Shown here one piece after another: positions 62,807 to 64,000 of a DNA stretch of 64,000 nucleotides. A program made the position numbers and the translations under genes. Below the pieces are notes generated by a model. That model made no database searches. It was given only the letters and a program-made list of their open reading frames with translations, and was not told the origin of the DNA. Position 1 is the stretch's first letter. Each line of letters starts with the position of its first letter. The stretch comes from Bacteroidota bacterium (GTDB lineage Bacteria; Bacteroidota; Ignavibacteria; UBA10030; UBA6906): the NCBI GenBank assembly GCA_030835135.1, contig JAUQWO010000020.1:379-64378 (forward strand), in the 5' to 3' direction.

Positions 62807-64000
62807 CCTACACCGAAGACCAGCTCATCGAGCAGCCCGCCATCGGTCTGTTTGCCACGCTTGGCTGGCAGACGGTGTCGGCGATGGAGGAGACCTTCGG
62901 CCCCGACGGCACGCTCGGCCGCGAGACCAAGGGCGAGGTGGTGCTGGTAGAGCGCCTGCGCGCTGCGCTTACCACGCTCAATCCCGGACTGCCGCCCGAG
63001 GCAATCCAGACTGCCATCGACGAACTCGTCCGCGACCGCTCGGCCATGAGCCTGGAGGCCGCCAATCGCGAAGTCTACCGACTACTCAAGGACGGTATCC
63101 CGGTTTCCATCCCTGACCGGGAGCATGGTGGACAAAAGACCGAACGCCTGCGCGTGGTGGATTGGGGGCACCCGGAGGAGAACGACTTCCTGCTGGCCAG
63201 CCAGCTCAGCGTGGTGGGCAACCTCTACACCTGCCGGCCCGATCTGGTGGGCTTCGTCAACGGCCTACCCTGGGTGGTCATCGAACTCAAAAAACCTGGT
63301 GTGCCTGCGCGAGCGGCCTTCGATGAGAACCTGACCCATTACAGGAAGGAAATTCCGCAGCTCTTCTGGTTCAACGCCTTCCTCGTCGCCAGCAACGGCA
63401 CCGACAGCCGCGTAGGTTCTCTCACCGCCGACTGGGAACGCTTCTTCGAGTGGAAACGCATTGAGCGCGAGGACGAGCCACGCCGCGTGTCGCTGGAAGT
63501 AATGCTCCGCGGTACCTGCGACCGCGCCCGTCTGCTCGACCTGGTGGAGAACTTCACGCTGTTCTCCGAGCACAAGGCCGGGTTGGTGAAGGTGCTCGGC
63601 CAGAACCACCAGTTCCTCGGCGTCAACAACGCCATCGCCTCCATGCTGGAGGCCCGCAAGCTGGGCCACGGGCGCGGCGGCGTGTTCTGGCAGACCCAGG
63701 GCAGCGGCAAGAGTTTTTCTATGGTGTTCTTCGCGCAGAAGATATTGCGCAAGCTCGCCGGCAACTGGACCTTCGTGGTCGTCACCGATCGGGTGGAGCT
63801 GGACGAGCAGATCGCCAAGACCTTCAAGACCGTGGGCGCGGTGAGTGAGGCCGAGGGCGACCAGTGCCACGCCACCAGCGGGGCGCACCTGCGCGAACTG
63901 TTGCGTGGCAACCACCGCTATGTCTTCACGCTGGTACACAAGTTCCAGACGCCAGAGATGTTGACCGACCGCTCGGACGTGATCGTACTGACCGACGAAG
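62807..64000 (+). CDS. hsdR: Type I restriction enzyme R subunit, 3'-partial (runs off the window)
   Basis: The frame from the ATG at 62807 stays open to position 64000. The HsdR N-terminal nuclease region is WVVIELKKPG and the helicase motif I is FWQTQGSGKSFSMVF. It is absent from the ORF track only because no stop codon falls in the window. Confidence 0.9.

Overview
This 64-kb window comes from a high-GC (about 62-66%) chromosome of an FCB-group (Bacteroidota-like) bacterium. The phylum call rests on a T9SS C-terminal sorting domain on a cargo protein and on several SurA/PpiC lipoproteins. The window spans the replication-origin neighbourhood. On the minus strand lie gyrA, gyrB, a DUF721 (DciA-like) gene, recF, dnaN and dnaA. 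A cluster of perfect DnaA boxes follows at 18690-18910. On the plus strand lie rpmH, rnpA, yidD, yidC, mnmE, mnmG, rsmG, murQ and mfd. Upstream of the origin are a PLP-dependent Cys/Met-metabolism enzyme, periplasmic PPIase/chaperone lipoproteins and a MoxR ATPase with a VWA-domain membrane protein. The intergenic gaps between the housekeeping genes are almost entirely filled by repeats. These comprise a ~111-bp MITE-like inverted-repeat element (four full copies and one partial), copy-specific 39-52-nt tandem arrays that begin at the element's 3' end, and GC-rich perfect-palindrome hairpins. A variable stretch at 33-49 kb holds small accessory genes, a DUF4256 protein, a LamG/T9SS cargo protein, a Fic protein, a GH26 enzyme and a GT39-TPR protein, with low-GC patches. 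From 50.3 kb to the window end is a co-directional, lower-GC (about 48-52%) defence island. It contains a NucS-like nuclease paired with a GIY-YIG/DUF4357 protein, an EVE-domain McrB GTPase with McrC, a small GIY-YIG nuclease paired with a degenerate UDG-fold protein, and a Type I R-M operon. That operon reads hsdM, hsdS, an embedded OLD-family ATPase/TOPRIM nuclease, then hsdR. hsdR runs off the window end and is therefore missing from the supplied ORF track. The two uncharacterised nuclease pairs flanking McrBC are the best candidates for undescribed, probably modification-dependent, defence modules.
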